A DNA stretch of 64,000 bases from Verrucomicrobiia bacterium (GCA_050015495.1 JBEKBH010000001.1:28284-92283); one strand, 5' to 3'; shown: positions 50,901-61,126, numbered from the stretch's first letter. The notes: generated by a model from the letters alone, not told the origin. Numbers and translations: made by a program.

Positions 50901-53151
50901 GTTTGCCATTGAGCGCGCTCCCGACACCGGGGGTAGTCCGGGGACGTTCGCTCAGATCGCCACCGTCAATTCGAATGTGACCGCCTATACCGACACGAGC
51001 TTGACGACAAACACGACGTATTGGTATCGCGTGCGGGCGTCCAACGCCGGCGGTTATTCCCCCTACAGTAACCAAGCGGACGCAACGACCTTCCGTCCCC
51101 CTCCTGATTCCTGGATTAGTCTGGCGAGCGGAAAATGGGAAGCAGCAGGAAGTTGGTCGTTGGGCGTGCCGCCTTCGATCCTCCTCACCGGGGAGCTGAT
51201 CACCAACGACAATTCCAAGACAGTCACAATCGATGCTACGACCGTCAGCAATTCCCCCAGCACCCTCACCATCAGCAACCTGACGGTGTCCGCCCCGTCA
51301 GGAGGGACGAATACGCTCCTGTTGACCACCGGGGGCAGTCCAACGCCGCTCCACGTGTTGCGCGGAATCTCGCTTGGGTCGGGCGGCCTGCTGGACATCG
51401 AGAATTCTTCGTTGCAGGTCGACGCGAACACTTTCTGGATTGACGGTACGCTGCTCGTCCAGAACGGTGGTCAAGTTACACCTCCGACACGGCCTGAAGG
51501 GGTCAACCAACTCGTGATCGGCAATGTGGCTACCGGCATGATGGTCGTATCGGCGGGGACGGTTGTGAGCGAAGGGGGTACCGTCGCCTATGAGGCTGGT
51601 TCGCAGGGGACGCTCGTCATTTCGAACGGAGCGACTATCCGGCTCTCATACCTCGCCATCGCTGAGTCTGGCTACTACTCGACGGGCGCTGTGTGGCTCT
51701 CGGGTAGTGAGTTGACCACGACAAACTACGGACAGCCGAATTTTGTGTTCGTTGGCCAGTGGGGCGCAGGCCAGATGACGGTGTCGAATGGCATGGTGCT
51801 GTCAGGTCAAGCCTACGTGGGATACTACCCTGGCTCGTGCGGAACTTTGACCGTGGTCGGTGGCAGCGTAACCCTTTCCTCGGCACTCACTGTCGGCTAC
51901 GACTCCGGTGCGACGGGCGCGGTCTGGCTGGCCGGTGGCCAGCTTGTCGCAAGTGGTAAGGGCACCGCGAGTATCGGCGCGAACGGGGCTGGTCAATTGA
52001 CAGTCACGGGCGGCACCATGCAAGCTTCGTCGATGGTTATCGGGCAGTACGGCGGCTCGCAGGGTTCATTGACGGTGTCGGGCGGCGCGGTTTCGGTCTT
52101 GTCGAGCCTCGTGATCGGCGATTGTACTACGACCGCGAGCGGCCAGGTCGCTGTGGCTGGCAGCGGAAGCCTGTTTGTAACCAACGCGAGCCACACGGCG
52201 TTTCTCGACGTGCGTCATGGCACGCTGATGGTCGGCGCCGGCGGCGTGCTCGTGGCGGACAGGATCGTGGCCACCAACGCCTGCGGGCGGGTCATTCGCT
52301 CAAGCGGAGGCACGATCACCGCCACGACAATGACTCTGGATCCCTCCCTCAGCGCGGTCGGCGACGGTATCCCGAACGGATGGAAACAACAATACGGCTT
52401 CGACCCGTTCGATCCCAACCTCGCCAATGAGGACCTGGACGGCTCCGGGTTCACTGTTTTGCAAGACTACTTGGCCGGCCTCGACCCCACCAATCCTGCG
52501 TCGTCGTTCCGGATTACGGCGATCACTCCGGTCGGTACCGATATCCGGGTGTACTTCACGTCTGTCGGCGGGAAGTATTATTCGTTGCAAAGGTCTGACT
52601 TCATGGGCGGCGCGTGGACGGCCATCGCGACCAATATCCCCGGCAATGACAGCATCCAATGGGTCAAAGATATCGGCGCGGCCTCGCGCCCGAGTGCGTT
52701 CTACCGAATCCTGCTCGAACAGTTGACCAACGCTCCGCCGGTGGACAGCGATGGCGATGGCGTACCGGACTGGTGGACGCAAGAATACTTCGGACATCCC
52801 ACAGGCCAGGCGTCCGATAATTCACTGGCGACGGACGATCCCGACGGTACCGGATTCACCGTCCTGCAGGATTATCTGGCCGGCCTCGACCCGACCAACA
52901 GTGCGTCGTCGTTCCGGATCACTTCGGTCGTGCCGAGCGGCATCGACTTGTTGGTGACGTGGACGATGGGTCCCGGCCGGACCAACGCCCTGCAGGCGAC
53001 GGCGGGGGACGCGACCGGCAGCTACAACACCAACGACTTCGCCGACATCTTTACCGTCACCAACACGGTCGGCACGACGACCAACTACCTCGACACCGGC
53101 GCCGCGACCAACTTCCCTGCGAGATACTATCGTGTGCGTCTGATACCATAA
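47977..53151 (+). CDS. Giant (1724 aa) secreted surface protein: RCC1-like repeats, multiple fibronectin type III domains, PATR/beta-helix repeat region, C-terminal DxDGDG (thrombospondin-3-like) Ca-binding-like repeats
   Basis: A signal peptide is followed by more than 15 repeats of the type GWGxNxYGQxTPPAGLTGVVAIAAGxxHSLAL, which are RCC1-like. FN3-like units have the pattern INLTWTxxSxxExGFxIERAPDNGG..YWYRVRAYN. The region 1100-1450 has repeated GxxxVxxGGxLxV beta-helix-like strands. DSDGDGVPDWW-type motifs sit near the C-terminus. Confidence 0.85.
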   Translation: MHRMRRGCLIAGFLVWIALPAISHAQTIPSAPTNLQATAASPFQINLTWIDTSTNESGYMVERSLDGINFTQIAQLLPQTATYRDTGAWPGTTYYYRVRAYNTSGDSGVSAIASGATPAVCNASAVAWGWNGYGQTAVPTNLSGVVAVSAGMEDSFVLRSDGTVLGWGDNSYGILTPPAGLTGVVAVSANVASTLALKSDGTMVMWGFEWDQLPNVTGVVAIANGWQHSLALLSDGTVIGWGLNESGQISIPTNLAGVVAIAAGGYHSLALKSDGTVVGWGNGGSGLATPPTNLTGVVAIAAGGHHSLALKSDGTVVGWGDNTYGQATPPAGLTGVTAISAGWQHSLALMSDGTIIGWGDDSNGQISPPAGLAGVTAISAGYLHSLAVAPVINAPSNLTATAVSTNQINLAWTSSGPVDGFNIRRAPDNGGSPGAWTQIATVGPNTTNYNDAGLASNATYWYQLQAFTVCGVSFFTDPASAAVPSVAAPSGLSATGVSAGQINLTWTNNSTTENGFLIERAPDNGGVPGTWTQIASVNSSTTAYSDTGLLPFTLYWYRVRAYDNSGDSVYSNLASAFVPAPCPRYVAGWGYNASGQATALTGLVSAIAIAAFGDGSLALTSDGTVPLWDTQVTPPATLTGVVAIAMGSGFNLALKGDGTVIGSGNDMWGQLTPPAGTTGVVAIAAGGFESLALQSNGILVVWGDTRGVTSLTGIVAMASGDYHSLAVYTNGTVVGWGNNNYGQATSPPGLTGVVAVAVGDYHSLALKSDGTVVQWGTTIYGESVPPAGLSGVVAIAAGGTFSLALKSDGTVVAWGDNQYGESTPPEGLANVIAIAAGWDHSLALSLPCPLSAPSALTATLLWPSQINLSWLNNSFDEDGFKIERAPDNGGVPGTWAQIATVSSNVATYSDTGLSQGVTYWYRVRTYNVAGNSDYSNLTNATILLPPVAPSGLTATPLSSVQISLSWTDTANDETGFAIERAPDTGGSPGTFAQIATVNSNVTAYTDTSLTTNTTYWYRVRASNAGGYSPYSNQADATTFRPPPDSWISLASGKWEAAGSWSLGVPPSILLTGELITNDNSKTVTIDATTVSNSPSTLTISNLTVSAPSGGTNTLLLTTGGSPTPLHVLRGISLGSGGLLDIENSSLQVDANTFWIDGTLLVQNGGQVTPPTRPEGVNQLVIGNVATGMMVVSAGTVVSEGGTVAYEAGSQGTLVISNGATIRLSYLAIAESGYYSTGAVWLSGSELTTTNYGQPNFVFVGQWGAGQMTVSNGMVLSGQAYVGYYPGSCGTLTVVGGSVTLSSALTVGYDSGATGAVWLAGGQLVASGKGTASIGANGAGQLTVTGGTMQASSMVIGQYGGSQGSLTVSGGAVSVLSSLVIGDCTTTASGQVAVAGSGSLFVTNASHTAFLDVRHGTLMVGAGGVLVADRIVATNACGRVIRSSGGTITATTMTLDPSLSAVGDGIPNGWKQQYGFDPFDPNLANEDLDGSGFTVLQDYLAGLDPTNPASSFRITAITPVGTDIRVYFTSVGGKYYSLQRSDFMGGAWTAIATNIPGNDSIQWVKDIGAASRPSAFYRILLEQLTNAPPVDSDGDGVPDWWTQEYFGHPTGQASDNSLATDDPDGTGFTVLQDYLAGLDPTNSASSFRITSVVPSGIDLLVTWTMGPGRTNALQATAGDATGSYNTNDFADIFTVTNTVGTTTNYLDTGAATNFPARYYRVRLIP

Positions 53152-53337
53152 GTGGTTGCCGCGAAAACGACATCGCGGCGTCTCGTGCTGCCAGTGCAGC
53201 ACTCGGCTCTACCGCGTCCGGCTTGTCCCGTAAGGCAGCCCTTGTGCCGCCCCTCTTTCGCCCTACTCCGTCCCGCAGCCGGAAACGAACGGTATGCACT
53301 TGACAACATATCCGTTCGCCTATGTAGTCCCGCCACG

Positions 53338-54573
53338 ATGAAACGTCTTTTGACGAGGGCAAGAACGTTCATTTGGGCCAACGCCAGGTCGCTGTTGGTG
53401 TTTTCCGTCCTGTTCCTGACAAGCGTAGTCCCCGCCGCCCTGGGGCAGGAGATCGGCTGCACCTTCGTGTCGCCGTCCCAGCCCCTGATTGCGGGCACTC
53501 GTTCCAGTCTCTGGCTCTACTGCTTCAACGGTTCGTCCAACTATATCGGTCGAGTCTTCGAGCCGAGTCTCAACTGTACCCTCATCTCCCAAGCCGTAAT
53601 CGTCGAAACAGTTCTTGTGTTGAATACCAACAGCAGTCCGATCGCGGCGACGATTCCGCCCGGCGGCTTCGTCAAAGTGGAATACGTGCTCGACCTTCCG
53701 TTGACCAGCAGCGGCCAGGTCACGCTGGACATCAGAAACTATAATCAGGTGGCAGCCCTCGTGGAACAAGCCACCACGGAGGTTCCATTCGCAACGCAGC
53801 GACCGTCAGCGTCGCCGGTAACCAACGCGACTCCCGCGTACCAGTTGGGGGAATATTTCGGCACGCATTTGTCCTTTTACGAGCCGATTTATTTCATCGG
53901 CGGCTCGCATCCCTCCGTTGAATTCCAAGTAAGCTTGAAATACAAGGTCCTCGATTTCAAGGACAATTGGAATCCGTTGACTCACTTCTATTTTGCCTAT
54001 ACGCAAACCGCGTTTTGGTCCGCGTTCGTCAGGGATCCGTCCTTCTACGATACCAGCTACAAACCGTCGGGGTTCTTTTATTATCCCGACATTCTTCGCA
54101 ACCAATTCTGCCAACTCGACCTGCAGTCCGGCGGAGAGCATGAATCGAACGGTCGTGGCGGCACCGAGGAGCGCAGCATCAATACGGTCTATCTGCAACC
54201 CACCGTCACGGTTGACCTGCCGGACAATTTCCAATTCACCCTCCAACCGCGCGCCTGGGTCTATTTTGTCGTGGGTGACAACAACCTGAACATGGCCGAC
54301 TACCGCGGTTACGCCGATCTGCGCACCGCCGTCACCTGGAACGATCCAAATTCAGGGGAAAAAATCCAGTTCGCGACGAGACTGCGACTCGGCGACGAAG
54401 CAAACCATGCCGGCCTGCAATGCGATTTGCGGTTCAACCTGGCCAATGCGCCCCTGTTGCGGAAATTCAACCCGGCCATCCAGTTGCAGTACTTTACCGG
54501 CTACGGTCAAACCTTGCTTCAATACAACCAACCCAGTAACGGCTATCGTGCCGGCATTTGCCTCTGGTATTGA
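53338..54573 (+). CDS. Outer-membrane phospholipase A1 (PldA/OMPLA family)
   Basis: A signal peptide is present. The C-terminal beta-barrel region has YEPIYF and the active-site block GGEHESNGRGG, which corresponds to the His-Ser-containing HxSNG motif of OMPLA. It terminates in an aromatic residue (ICLWY). Confidence 0.7.
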   Translation: MKRLLTRARTFIWANARSLLVFSVLFLTSVVPAALGQEIGCTFVSPSQPLIAGTRSSLWLYCFNGSSNYIGRVFEPSLNCTLISQAVIVETVLVLNTNSSPIAATIPPGGFVKVEYVLDLPLTSSGQVTLDIRNYNQVAALVEQATTEVPFATQRPSASPVTNATPAYQLGEYFGTHLSFYEPIYFIGGSHPSVEFQVSLKYKVLDFKDNWNPLTHFYFAYTQTAFWSAFVRDPSFYDTSYKPSGFFYYPDILRNQFCQLDLQSGGEHESNGRGGTEERSINTVYLQPTVTVDLPDNFQFTLQPRAWVYFVVGDNNLNMADYRGYADLRTAVTWNDPNSGEKIQFATRLRLGDEANHAGLQCDLRFNLANAPLLRKFNPAIQLQYFTGYGQTLLQYNQPSNGYRAGICLWY

Positions 54574-54624
54574 CCGGTGCCAATCCGCACATGATAACTG
54601 GAGGCGATCGCGGTAGAGTTTCCC

Positions 54625-55497
54625 TTACAAGCGCCAGACAAAGCCGGCGCGCGGGTTGTAGTCATAGGGACGGATTTGTCCCGAAACCCAGTCGGGTGCC
54701 GCCAGGCCGAATCCGAATCCAGCGAAGACTTGCAGGTTGCGGGTGAAATTGTATTCCAATCCAACCCCGGTGTAGCCGTACCACGTCTCGGTCGAGTCGG
54801 AGGTAACGGTGGAATCCAAATACCAGTACGCGTTGGCTTTGGAACAAAGAGTTTTGTTGATGCTCATCGCATTGTAAAAACCGGCATATGGCGTGCGATT
54901 ATCCTTCTGGGATGCATGGAATTCCGAATCGAACTTCACGGAGAATCCTTGTGGTAATCGCATCAGCAGCGCCACGTCACCTCCCCCCAACACGCCGCCG
55001 CCTCCCAGCGCATCGCTGTCACTGGTCGGAATGGAGAGATACGGTTTGATGGCCAGGGCAATCATCCCGCCATCATTACCCAGGAGATTGACTTTTACTC
55101 CTGTGGCGATCCGTCCAAACTCACTCGAGGTGACCTTATAGTCATCAAGCCTTATCTCGTATGTGGGGTGAACAAAAAAATCGAGATTGTTCAATAGTCC
55201 CACCGTAATTCGCGGCTCCCAAGCGAATTCGTTGCTGTAGTAGCGGTACGGCGTCACGGAATTATAGAAGTAATTGATGAATTCGCCTTCCACCTGGTAA
55301 TGGCCGGCATCCAGGGTGCAGGCATCCATCACGCCATCGTATGCGTCCGAAGACAATGGCCGCAACTGGTCTGCGGGCACGGGATTGAAAAGTGAATAAT
55401 TGCTTTTGTCCGTGGACGGGGAATCCGTGGCAAACACCGCCAGCGGGAGCATAAAACAAACGATCGTTGCCGGAAGGGATGGTCTCACAGTTTGCAT
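54625..55497 (-). CDS. Hypothetical outer-membrane beta-barrel protein (MetA-pathway/transporter-like)
   Basis: A signal peptide is followed by alternating hydrophobic beta-strand patterns. It ends in GFVWRL with a C-terminal aromatic residue. A Gly-rich loop reads GGGGVLGGGD. Confidence 0.5.
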   Translation of the reverse strand: MQTVRPSLPATIVCFMLPLAVFATDSPSTDKSNYSLFNPVPADQLRPLSSDAYDGVMDACTLDAGHYQVEGEFINYFYNSVTPYRYYSNEFAWEPRITVGLLNNLDFFVHPTYEIRLDDYKVTSSEFGRIATGVKVNLLGNDGGMIALAIKPYLSIPTSDSDALGGGGVLGGGDVALLMRLPQGFSVKFDSEFHASQKDNRTPYAGFYNAMSINKTLCSKANAYWYLDSTVTSDSTETWYGYTGVGLEYNFTRNLQVFAGFGFGLAAPDWVSGQIRPYDYNPRAGFVWRL

Positions 55498-55916
55498 GTT
55501 TGGATTCTATTTCCGGTGCGTTGCCCTTTTCAATCTGCAAGTTCGATTGCCCGGTGACGGACGGATCGTCACAATAAATGGCTTGCAATCCCGATACCCG
55601 ACGCGTATAGGCTTGATGGTACCCCGTTTGGGGGCCGCTTCTCGGTCCCGACGCGTCCCGTCTGCGCAGATTGGCCTCGGAATGACTGCGATGTTCTGCA
55701 GGTGGCCTGCGAGCCCACGCAGAATGATAAGTGAGAACGAATGGGGTGAGACGCTTCTTTTTCGGCGCCAGCCTTCTGGCTGCGTCGAATCTGCGCTTGG
55801 ATGTGAGCCGTCCCTTTGCCGTTCCCGCATTCCGACCAGCAACCACCGCCCCAAAGCGAACGACCTGACCGGATGCGGCGACGGGATCGCGACCAACCCT
55901 GGACCGGAGGCAGATT

Positions 55917-57641
55917 ATGAAGACAACGGATAGCGGTAAGTTCCGCATCATTTCCACGGTCACCTTCGTGGTCCTGCTGACGCTCGGCACGCCCATGGTG
56001 CCGGTGGTTGTTGCTGCAAACACTCCGACCGCTGCGCCGCTTAACCCGGCCTTTCAAGAATACCTTGCCAAATGCCAGGAAGAGGCCGTCGCCCGTCAGC
56101 CAAATGAAATGTCCCGCGGGGCCATCCCGCCACCCATCCATTTGCCCGCGCCCACTGGCGCGTTGGCCGCCCTGGCGGCTGGCCCGTTAACACTGCCGTC
56201 TTCTTACGACCTGCGAACCCTGGGCAAATTGACGCCAATTCGGGACCAGGATGGCTGCGGTGATTGCTGGGCGTTTGCGACCTACTCCTCGATGGAATCC
56301 TGTCTGTTGACCAACGAGACCTGGGATTTTTCAGAGAACAACCTCAATGTCACCAGTGGGTTCGATTACGGCTGTTGCAACGGCGGCAGCAGTTACATGT
56401 CGGCCGCCTACCTGGCCCGCTGGAGCGGCCCGATCAGCCAGTCGGATGACCCCGAAACCTGGACCGGCTGCACGACCGTGTCCGGCGTCGTTCCCCGAAA
56501 ACACGTTCAGGAGGTCTTGTTTCTCCCCTTGCGCACCAGCGCGACGGACAACAACACGATCAAACAAGCCGTGATGACGTACGGCGCGGTGTATACCGCC
56601 ATCCTGGTCACGGGCGGAGCTTCGTATCTGCCGCCGTATTCGGACGCCTACTACAATGCCAGCACCTACGCCTACTATTACTACGGCTCCGAGGGCACCG
56701 ACCATGCCATAGCCATTGTTGGCTGGGACGACAACTTTCCCGCCACCAATTTCAGCACGGTTCCGCCGGGCAACGGCGCCTTCATCATCCGCAACAGTTG
56801 GAGCACCGCGTGGGGCCAGAGTGGCTACTTCTACATGTCGTATTACGACACCTGGGTCGGCAACGCAGAGAACACGGTGTTCGTGAGTCCCGATTCCACA
56901 AACAACTACTCGCGCATCTACCAGTACGATCCGTTGGGGTGGGTCACTTCCCTCGGGTATGGCGCCACGACCGCTTGGGGCGCAAACATCTTCACTGCCA
57001 TCGGCTACGAACAACTCAGGGCGGTGAGTTTCTATACGTCCGCGGTGAATTCCACCTACCAAATTTATGTGTATACAAACGCAACCTCCGGTCCAACCAG
57101 CGGCACTCTGGCCGGCAGCACCAGTGGAGCCAACGCCCTGCCCGGTTACTTCACAATTGCATTGCCCACGCCGGTGAATCTGACGCCGAACCTGATGTTC
57201 TCCGTCGTGGTCGAGTTCACGACACCGGGTTATACGTATCCAATCCCAATCGAATACGCGATTTCCGGATACAGTAGCGCGGCAACGGCGGCGCCCGGGC
57301 AAAGCTATATCAGCCCCGATGGGAGTTCATGGGAGGATGCTACGAGTTGGGATCCCACTTGCAACGTGAACATCAAGGCGTTCACGTCGCTGTTGCCGCC
57401 TCGTATCATCGCGATCACGCGTTCTGGCAACAACATATCGCTCACGTGGACGACCTACGGCGGCACGACCAACGTGGTGCAGGCGACCAATGGCGGCGCC
57501 AGCGGCTGCTATTCCACCAGCTTCACCGACCTCAATCCGCACGTCATCACGACCGGCACCGGTCTGGTGACGACGAACTATACCGACACCAATGGCGCGA
57601 CCAACAGCAGCCGGTACTACCGGGTGCGGCTGGCGCAGTGA
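55917..57641 (+). CDS. Secreted papain-family (C1A) cysteine peptidase with C-terminal beta-sandwich/FN3-like domain
   Basis: A GGAGG ribosome-binding site and signal peptide are present. The catalytic Cys lies in QDGCGDCWAF. The catalytic His lies in HAIAIVGWD. The block NSWSTAWGQSGYFYM supplies the Asn/Trp. The C-terminal ~120 aa (ITRSGNNISLTWT...YYRVRL) look FN3-like. Confidence 0.85.
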   Translation: MKTTDSGKFRIISTVTFVVLLTLGTPMVPVVVAANTPTAAPLNPAFQEYLAKCQEEAVARQPNEMSRGAIPPPIHLPAPTGALAALAAGPLTLPSSYDLRTLGKLTPIRDQDGCGDCWAFATYSSMESCLLTNETWDFSENNLNVTSGFDYGCCNGGSSYMSAAYLARWSGPISQSDDPETWTGCTTVSGVVPRKHVQEVLFLPLRTSATDNNTIKQAVMTYGAVYTAILVTGGASYLPPYSDAYYNASTYAYYYYGSEGTDHAIAIVGWDDNFPATNFSTVPPGNGAFIIRNSWSTAWGQSGYFYMSYYDTWVGNAENTVFVSPDSTNNYSRIYQYDPLGWVTSLGYGATTAWGANIFTAIGYEQLRAVSFYTSAVNSTYQIYVYTNATSGPTSGTLAGSTSGANALPGYFTIALPTPVNLTPNLMFSVVVEFTTPGYTYPIPIEYAISGYSSAATAAPGQSYISPDGSSWEDATSWDPTCNVNIKAFTSLLPPRIIAITRSGNNISLTWTTYGGTTNVVQATNGGASGCYSTSFTDLNPHVITTGTGLVTTNYTDTNGATNSSRYYRVRLAQ

Positions 57642-57676
57642 GACCAGTTGATCGACAAACGCAGTCGAAGAGCGAC

Positions 57677-59629
57677 CTACGGCGCGGTGACGACCGCGCA
57701 CTTCGGGGCGCAATTCGTGGCGGCAACGTTGAACGCGGCGACTCGATACAGGTAGGTCACGCCGGACTGGGCGGTATCGTCCGTGTACCTGGTGATGCCG
57801 TGCCCGACCTCGTCGATCAGGTCGAAGGTGCCGACCGCGCCGCTGGATTTCTCGGCGCGTTCGATCATGAACCCCTGCTCGTTGTCCGACCGGTCCGTCC
57901 AATTCAATTCCACGGTTCCCGCGCCCGCAGGCTGGGCCGTTAACCGGCTCGGCGCGGCGGGCGCGGTCACCAGTTGCGGGCCGATCTGCTGGATAGCCGC
58001 CAGGTAATCCACGCGTCCGTGCCCGGCCCAATCAGGCCCGGCATTGGCCGGGGAATTCGTGTCAGCGCCGAGATACGTCGTGGCGTTCAGGATGACCGTC
58101 TCAATCGCATCGGGGCTGATCGAACCATCCAGGCCGAGCTGCTCCGCGCGGGACAACAACAACGCCGCTTCGCCGGCCACCAGCGGCGAGGCGAACGACG
58201 TGCCGTCGCCGACAAAATACGTCGGGCTGCCGGCCGTGCCCAGGCCGTTGGTCTGGTCGGTCATGCTCAACACCGCCGTGCTGACGATGTCCACCGCCGG
58301 GGCAACGACATCGACGGCTTTCCGTCCGTACTCGGAGAAACTGGCGCGCGACCGCATATTGGCGGCGCTGCCACCGCTCACGGCGCTGCCGCTGCCGCTC
58401 CCGCCCACGGAGATCACGTAGCGATACGATGCGGGATAACTCCGCTGGCTGGAATTGTTGTTGCCGGCCGCGGCGACCATGATGATTCCCTGGGCGTGGG
58501 CGTACTGGATCGCCCTGTCGATGCTGCGGGTCGGGTAGAGGCTACCGAAGCTCATATTGATGATGTTCGCGCCGTGGTCGGCGGCGAACTGGATCGCCTC
58601 GGCAATCGCCGTCGAGGGCGCGCCACCCTCGCTGGTAAACACTTTCAAAGGCATGATCTGGCTGTACCAGCTCGCACCGGCGACCCCGATGCCGTTGTCG
58701 GACACCGCCGCCGCCACGCCGGCTACGAACGTCCCGTGAAACACGTTTTCATCGCCGCTGCCATCGCCCAAATCCGGATCGGGATCGGGACCGTTGTTAT
58801 AGAAATCCCAGCCGTGAATATCGCCCGGGTAGCCGTTGGTGGCGTCTTCGGCGACATTCGGATTCGTCCAGAGATTGGCCGCGAGATCCGGGTGATTGGT
58901 CAGCACGCCGGTGTCAATGATCGCAATGACAATGTTTGAGCTGCCGGTCGTGACGTTCCACGCCGCTTCGGCTTCGAGGTTGGAGTCGGAGCCGATTCCA
59001 TTGAAATACCAGCGCTGGAGTTCCGTCGAGTCGCCGTCGTACGACGTGTAGTATTCGACATTGGGCATGTCATTGATATAATGGAGCACGTTCGGCTCGG
59101 CAAAATCGACTTCCTGCAGTTTGGCGAGTTGCTCCGCCGCGGCGGGCACCGATATCCCGCCCCCCAGAACCACCAGATACTCGCCGTGCCGCACGTCCAA
59201 CGTCCGCAGAATTCGACCGCCCAGTTCGTCGACGATTTCATCCTGCCGGTGATGGGGGACACCGCCACGGAACCGCACGATCAACTGCCCGGGCACGTAG
59301 TTGGGTCGGCCCGAATCGTCTTGCGGAGGAATGTCCCGAGCGGAGGCGAACACCACCTGTTTGTCGCCCACCGAATTGCCGTTGTCCTGACTGGCGTTTC
59401 CGTCAGCCAACTCATGGCGCAGTTGCATGTTGGAGTCACGCTCGGCTGATTTTTGGCCGCCCAGAAGCGCGTGTTCAAATCCCTCGAACGTCCACAGCGA
59501 CGGCGAGCCGTTGCCGGTGACGCTCTGACCGAACCCGCGCCCCAGGAACAGCGCCAGCAGGAGCACGGCCACGGACCCGCCGTAGACGATGATGCGGCGA
59601 ATTACAAATGGGTGATAAAGGAATCCCAT
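57677..59629 (-). CDS. Secreted subtilisin-like serine protease (S8) with C-terminal FN3-like domain
   Basis: The catalytic Asp lies in AIIDTGV. The catalytic His lies in HGTFVAGVAAA. The catalytic Ser lies in GTSFASPLVAG. A C-terminal FN3-like region reads VELNWTDRSDNEQGFMIERA. Confidence 0.9.
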   Translation of the reverse strand: MGFLYHPFVIRRIIVYGGSVAVLLLALFLGRGFGQSVTGNGSPSLWTFEGFEHALLGGQKSAERDSNMQLRHELADGNASQDNGNSVGDKQVVFASARDIPPQDDSGRPNYVPGQLIVRFRGGVPHHRQDEIVDELGGRILRTLDVRHGEYLVVLGGGISVPAAAEQLAKLQEVDFAEPNVLHYINDMPNVEYYTSYDGDSTELQRWYFNGIGSDSNLEAEAAWNVTTGSSNIVIAIIDTGVLTNHPDLAANLWTNPNVAEDATNGYPGDIHGWDFYNNGPDPDPDLGDGSGDENVFHGTFVAGVAAAVSDNGIGVAGASWYSQIMPLKVFTSEGGAPSTAIAEAIQFAADHGANIINMSFGSLYPTRSIDRAIQYAHAQGIIMVAAAGNNNSSQRSYPASYRYVISVGGSGSGSAVSGGSAANMRSRASFSEYGRKAVDVVAPAVDIVSTAVLSMTDQTNGLGTAGSPTYFVGDGTSFASPLVAGEAALLLSRAEQLGLDGSISPDAIETVILNATTYLGADTNSPANAGPDWAGHGRVDYLAAIQQIGPQLVTAPAAPSRLTAQPAGAGTVELNWTDRSDNEQGFMIERAEKSSGAVGTFDLIDEVGHGITRYTDDTAQSGVTYLYRVAAFNVAATNCAPKCAVVTAP

Positions 59630-60975
59630 TGTCGCTCCAGTGTGTTGCGGTCCGTTTTCAACTGAGCTTCCAGCAGCGTTTCCGGCTCAGTCCGTTCCAC
59701 GGCGGTAATCTGGCGGTAGGTGGAAATGTCCCGGTACGACTTGACATAGTTGAAAAATTGCGGGCGGACGCCGTCCTGCATCAACATATAGACCAGCGCC
59801 CAACTCTCGGCGTAGGCGAGTTCGACGTGGCCCTCCCCGAGGGCGAAGAAGCCGGAGGCGTCCCGGTGATTGAGCAGCGTCGTCAGCGGGAGAAGTTGGC
59901 CCGCCTGTCGCGCTCGCGTGACCCGCTCCGCCAGCGTGGCATGGTACTGCCCAATCTCCGGGGTCTCGCAGTACTGCGCCAGGCCCTCCGTGAGCCAGGT
60001 CGGCTCCAATCCGTAGCGGGAGTGAATGTGATACGCGTGAAACAATTGGTGCGCGCCCTCGTGGCGAATCAGGCGCTCGTTGATCGACTTCGCCTCCGAA
60101 GTGATATCGGAGCGGAGGGCGGCCAGTTGCGGTCCCGCGTCCGGGGAATCGTGGTACTGGCGGCTGCGTTCCTCGAGACGGTCGCGAGCCTGAAAATACC
60201 GGGAAGTGCTAAGCTGGTTGAGCAACGCCAGACGGTTTTCACCCGAGGAAAAGAAGCCCGCGCTGTTCACGAACTGGGGCGCCACCCGCCGCGCGTAGGC
60301 GCGGAAGGCGTCCTCGGCGCCGAAGAAGACCACGTCAACATCCCGCAACTCGTCGTCCCGCCGGATCAGCGGCGCGAAATGATGGCGGAACTGCTCGCGC
60401 AGGTCGGTCAGTACGCCCAGGGTTTTCTGCACCTCGCCATACGATTCGTCCGTGACGATCGTATACGGCGGGCTCTTGACGAAGTGGAAATCGGGAAACT
60501 CGGCGCTGAACCGCACGTCGCGTGATGTCACATCAAACGAAGCCGCCGGCAACGCCTCCACCGTGGCCACGTCGCCCCACCGATAGGACTCGACCACGTA
60601 ACCGGAGTAGCCAAACCCGTCGCGAAACCGGATGGTGGTCGGCGATTCGGAAATCATCCAGCCATCCAGGACGCGGCCATCACGGAACTTGAGACGGTGC
60701 GTCGGGCGTTCGGCGGCGAGCTCTGACTCCAATTGATGTTTGCGAGCCAGTTCGTCGGGCGCCAGTGGACGATTGGCATCCGTCTCCATGGGGACGACCG
60801 CGACCCGTTGGCCGCGCTCCGGCACCGCGTCGAGAGCCGTCGGTTTGTCGGTGGACACGGCGGACGGTCCGCAACCGCTAAGCACCACAATGGCGGTCGC
60901 CAAGAGGATGACGCGGCGCACCCGCGCCACGCCCGGAGGCAAGGCAAAGCCCAGTCGTTTATGCTGGGGGTGCAT
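59602..60975 (-). CDS. DUF1570-family lipoprotein
   Basis: The lipobox is VLSGCGP. The conserved blocks RHEGAHQLFHAYHIHS and WLTEGLAQYCE are characteristic of DUF1570. The 3' end overlaps the S8 gene start by 28 nt, which suggests an operon. Confidence 0.65.
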   Translation of the reverse strand: MHPQHKRLGFALPPGVARVRRVILLATAIVVLSGCGPSAVSTDKPTALDAVPERGQRVAVVPMETDANRPLAPDELARKHQLESELAAERPTHRLKFRDGRVLDGWMISESPTTIRFRDGFGYSGYVVESYRWGDVATVEALPAASFDVTSRDVRFSAEFPDFHFVKSPPYTIVTDESYGEVQKTLGVLTDLREQFRHHFAPLIRRDDELRDVDVVFFGAEDAFRAYARRVAPQFVNSAGFFSSGENRLALLNQLSTSRYFQARDRLEERSRQYHDSPDAGPQLAALRSDITSEAKSINERLIRHEGAHQLFHAYHIHSRYGLEPTWLTEGLAQYCETPEIGQYHATLAERVTRARQAGQLLPLTTLLNHRDASGFFALGEGHVELAYAESWALVYMLMQDGVRPQFFNYVKSYRDISTYRQITAVERTEPETLLEAQLKTDRNTLERQWDSFITHL

Positions 60976-61126
60976 TGCCTGGTTGAAATAGCAGCAAATA
61001 TGCCCATGCCTGCCGGAGGGAAGCTACCCCCGTCCGCTTTTGCTGTTGACCGATGTGGCTGGCTTCTTTACATTTCGGGTCGACAGTTTTTTTGGCCCGT
61101 CGGGATTTTTTGGAGCGCTCCCGCAG

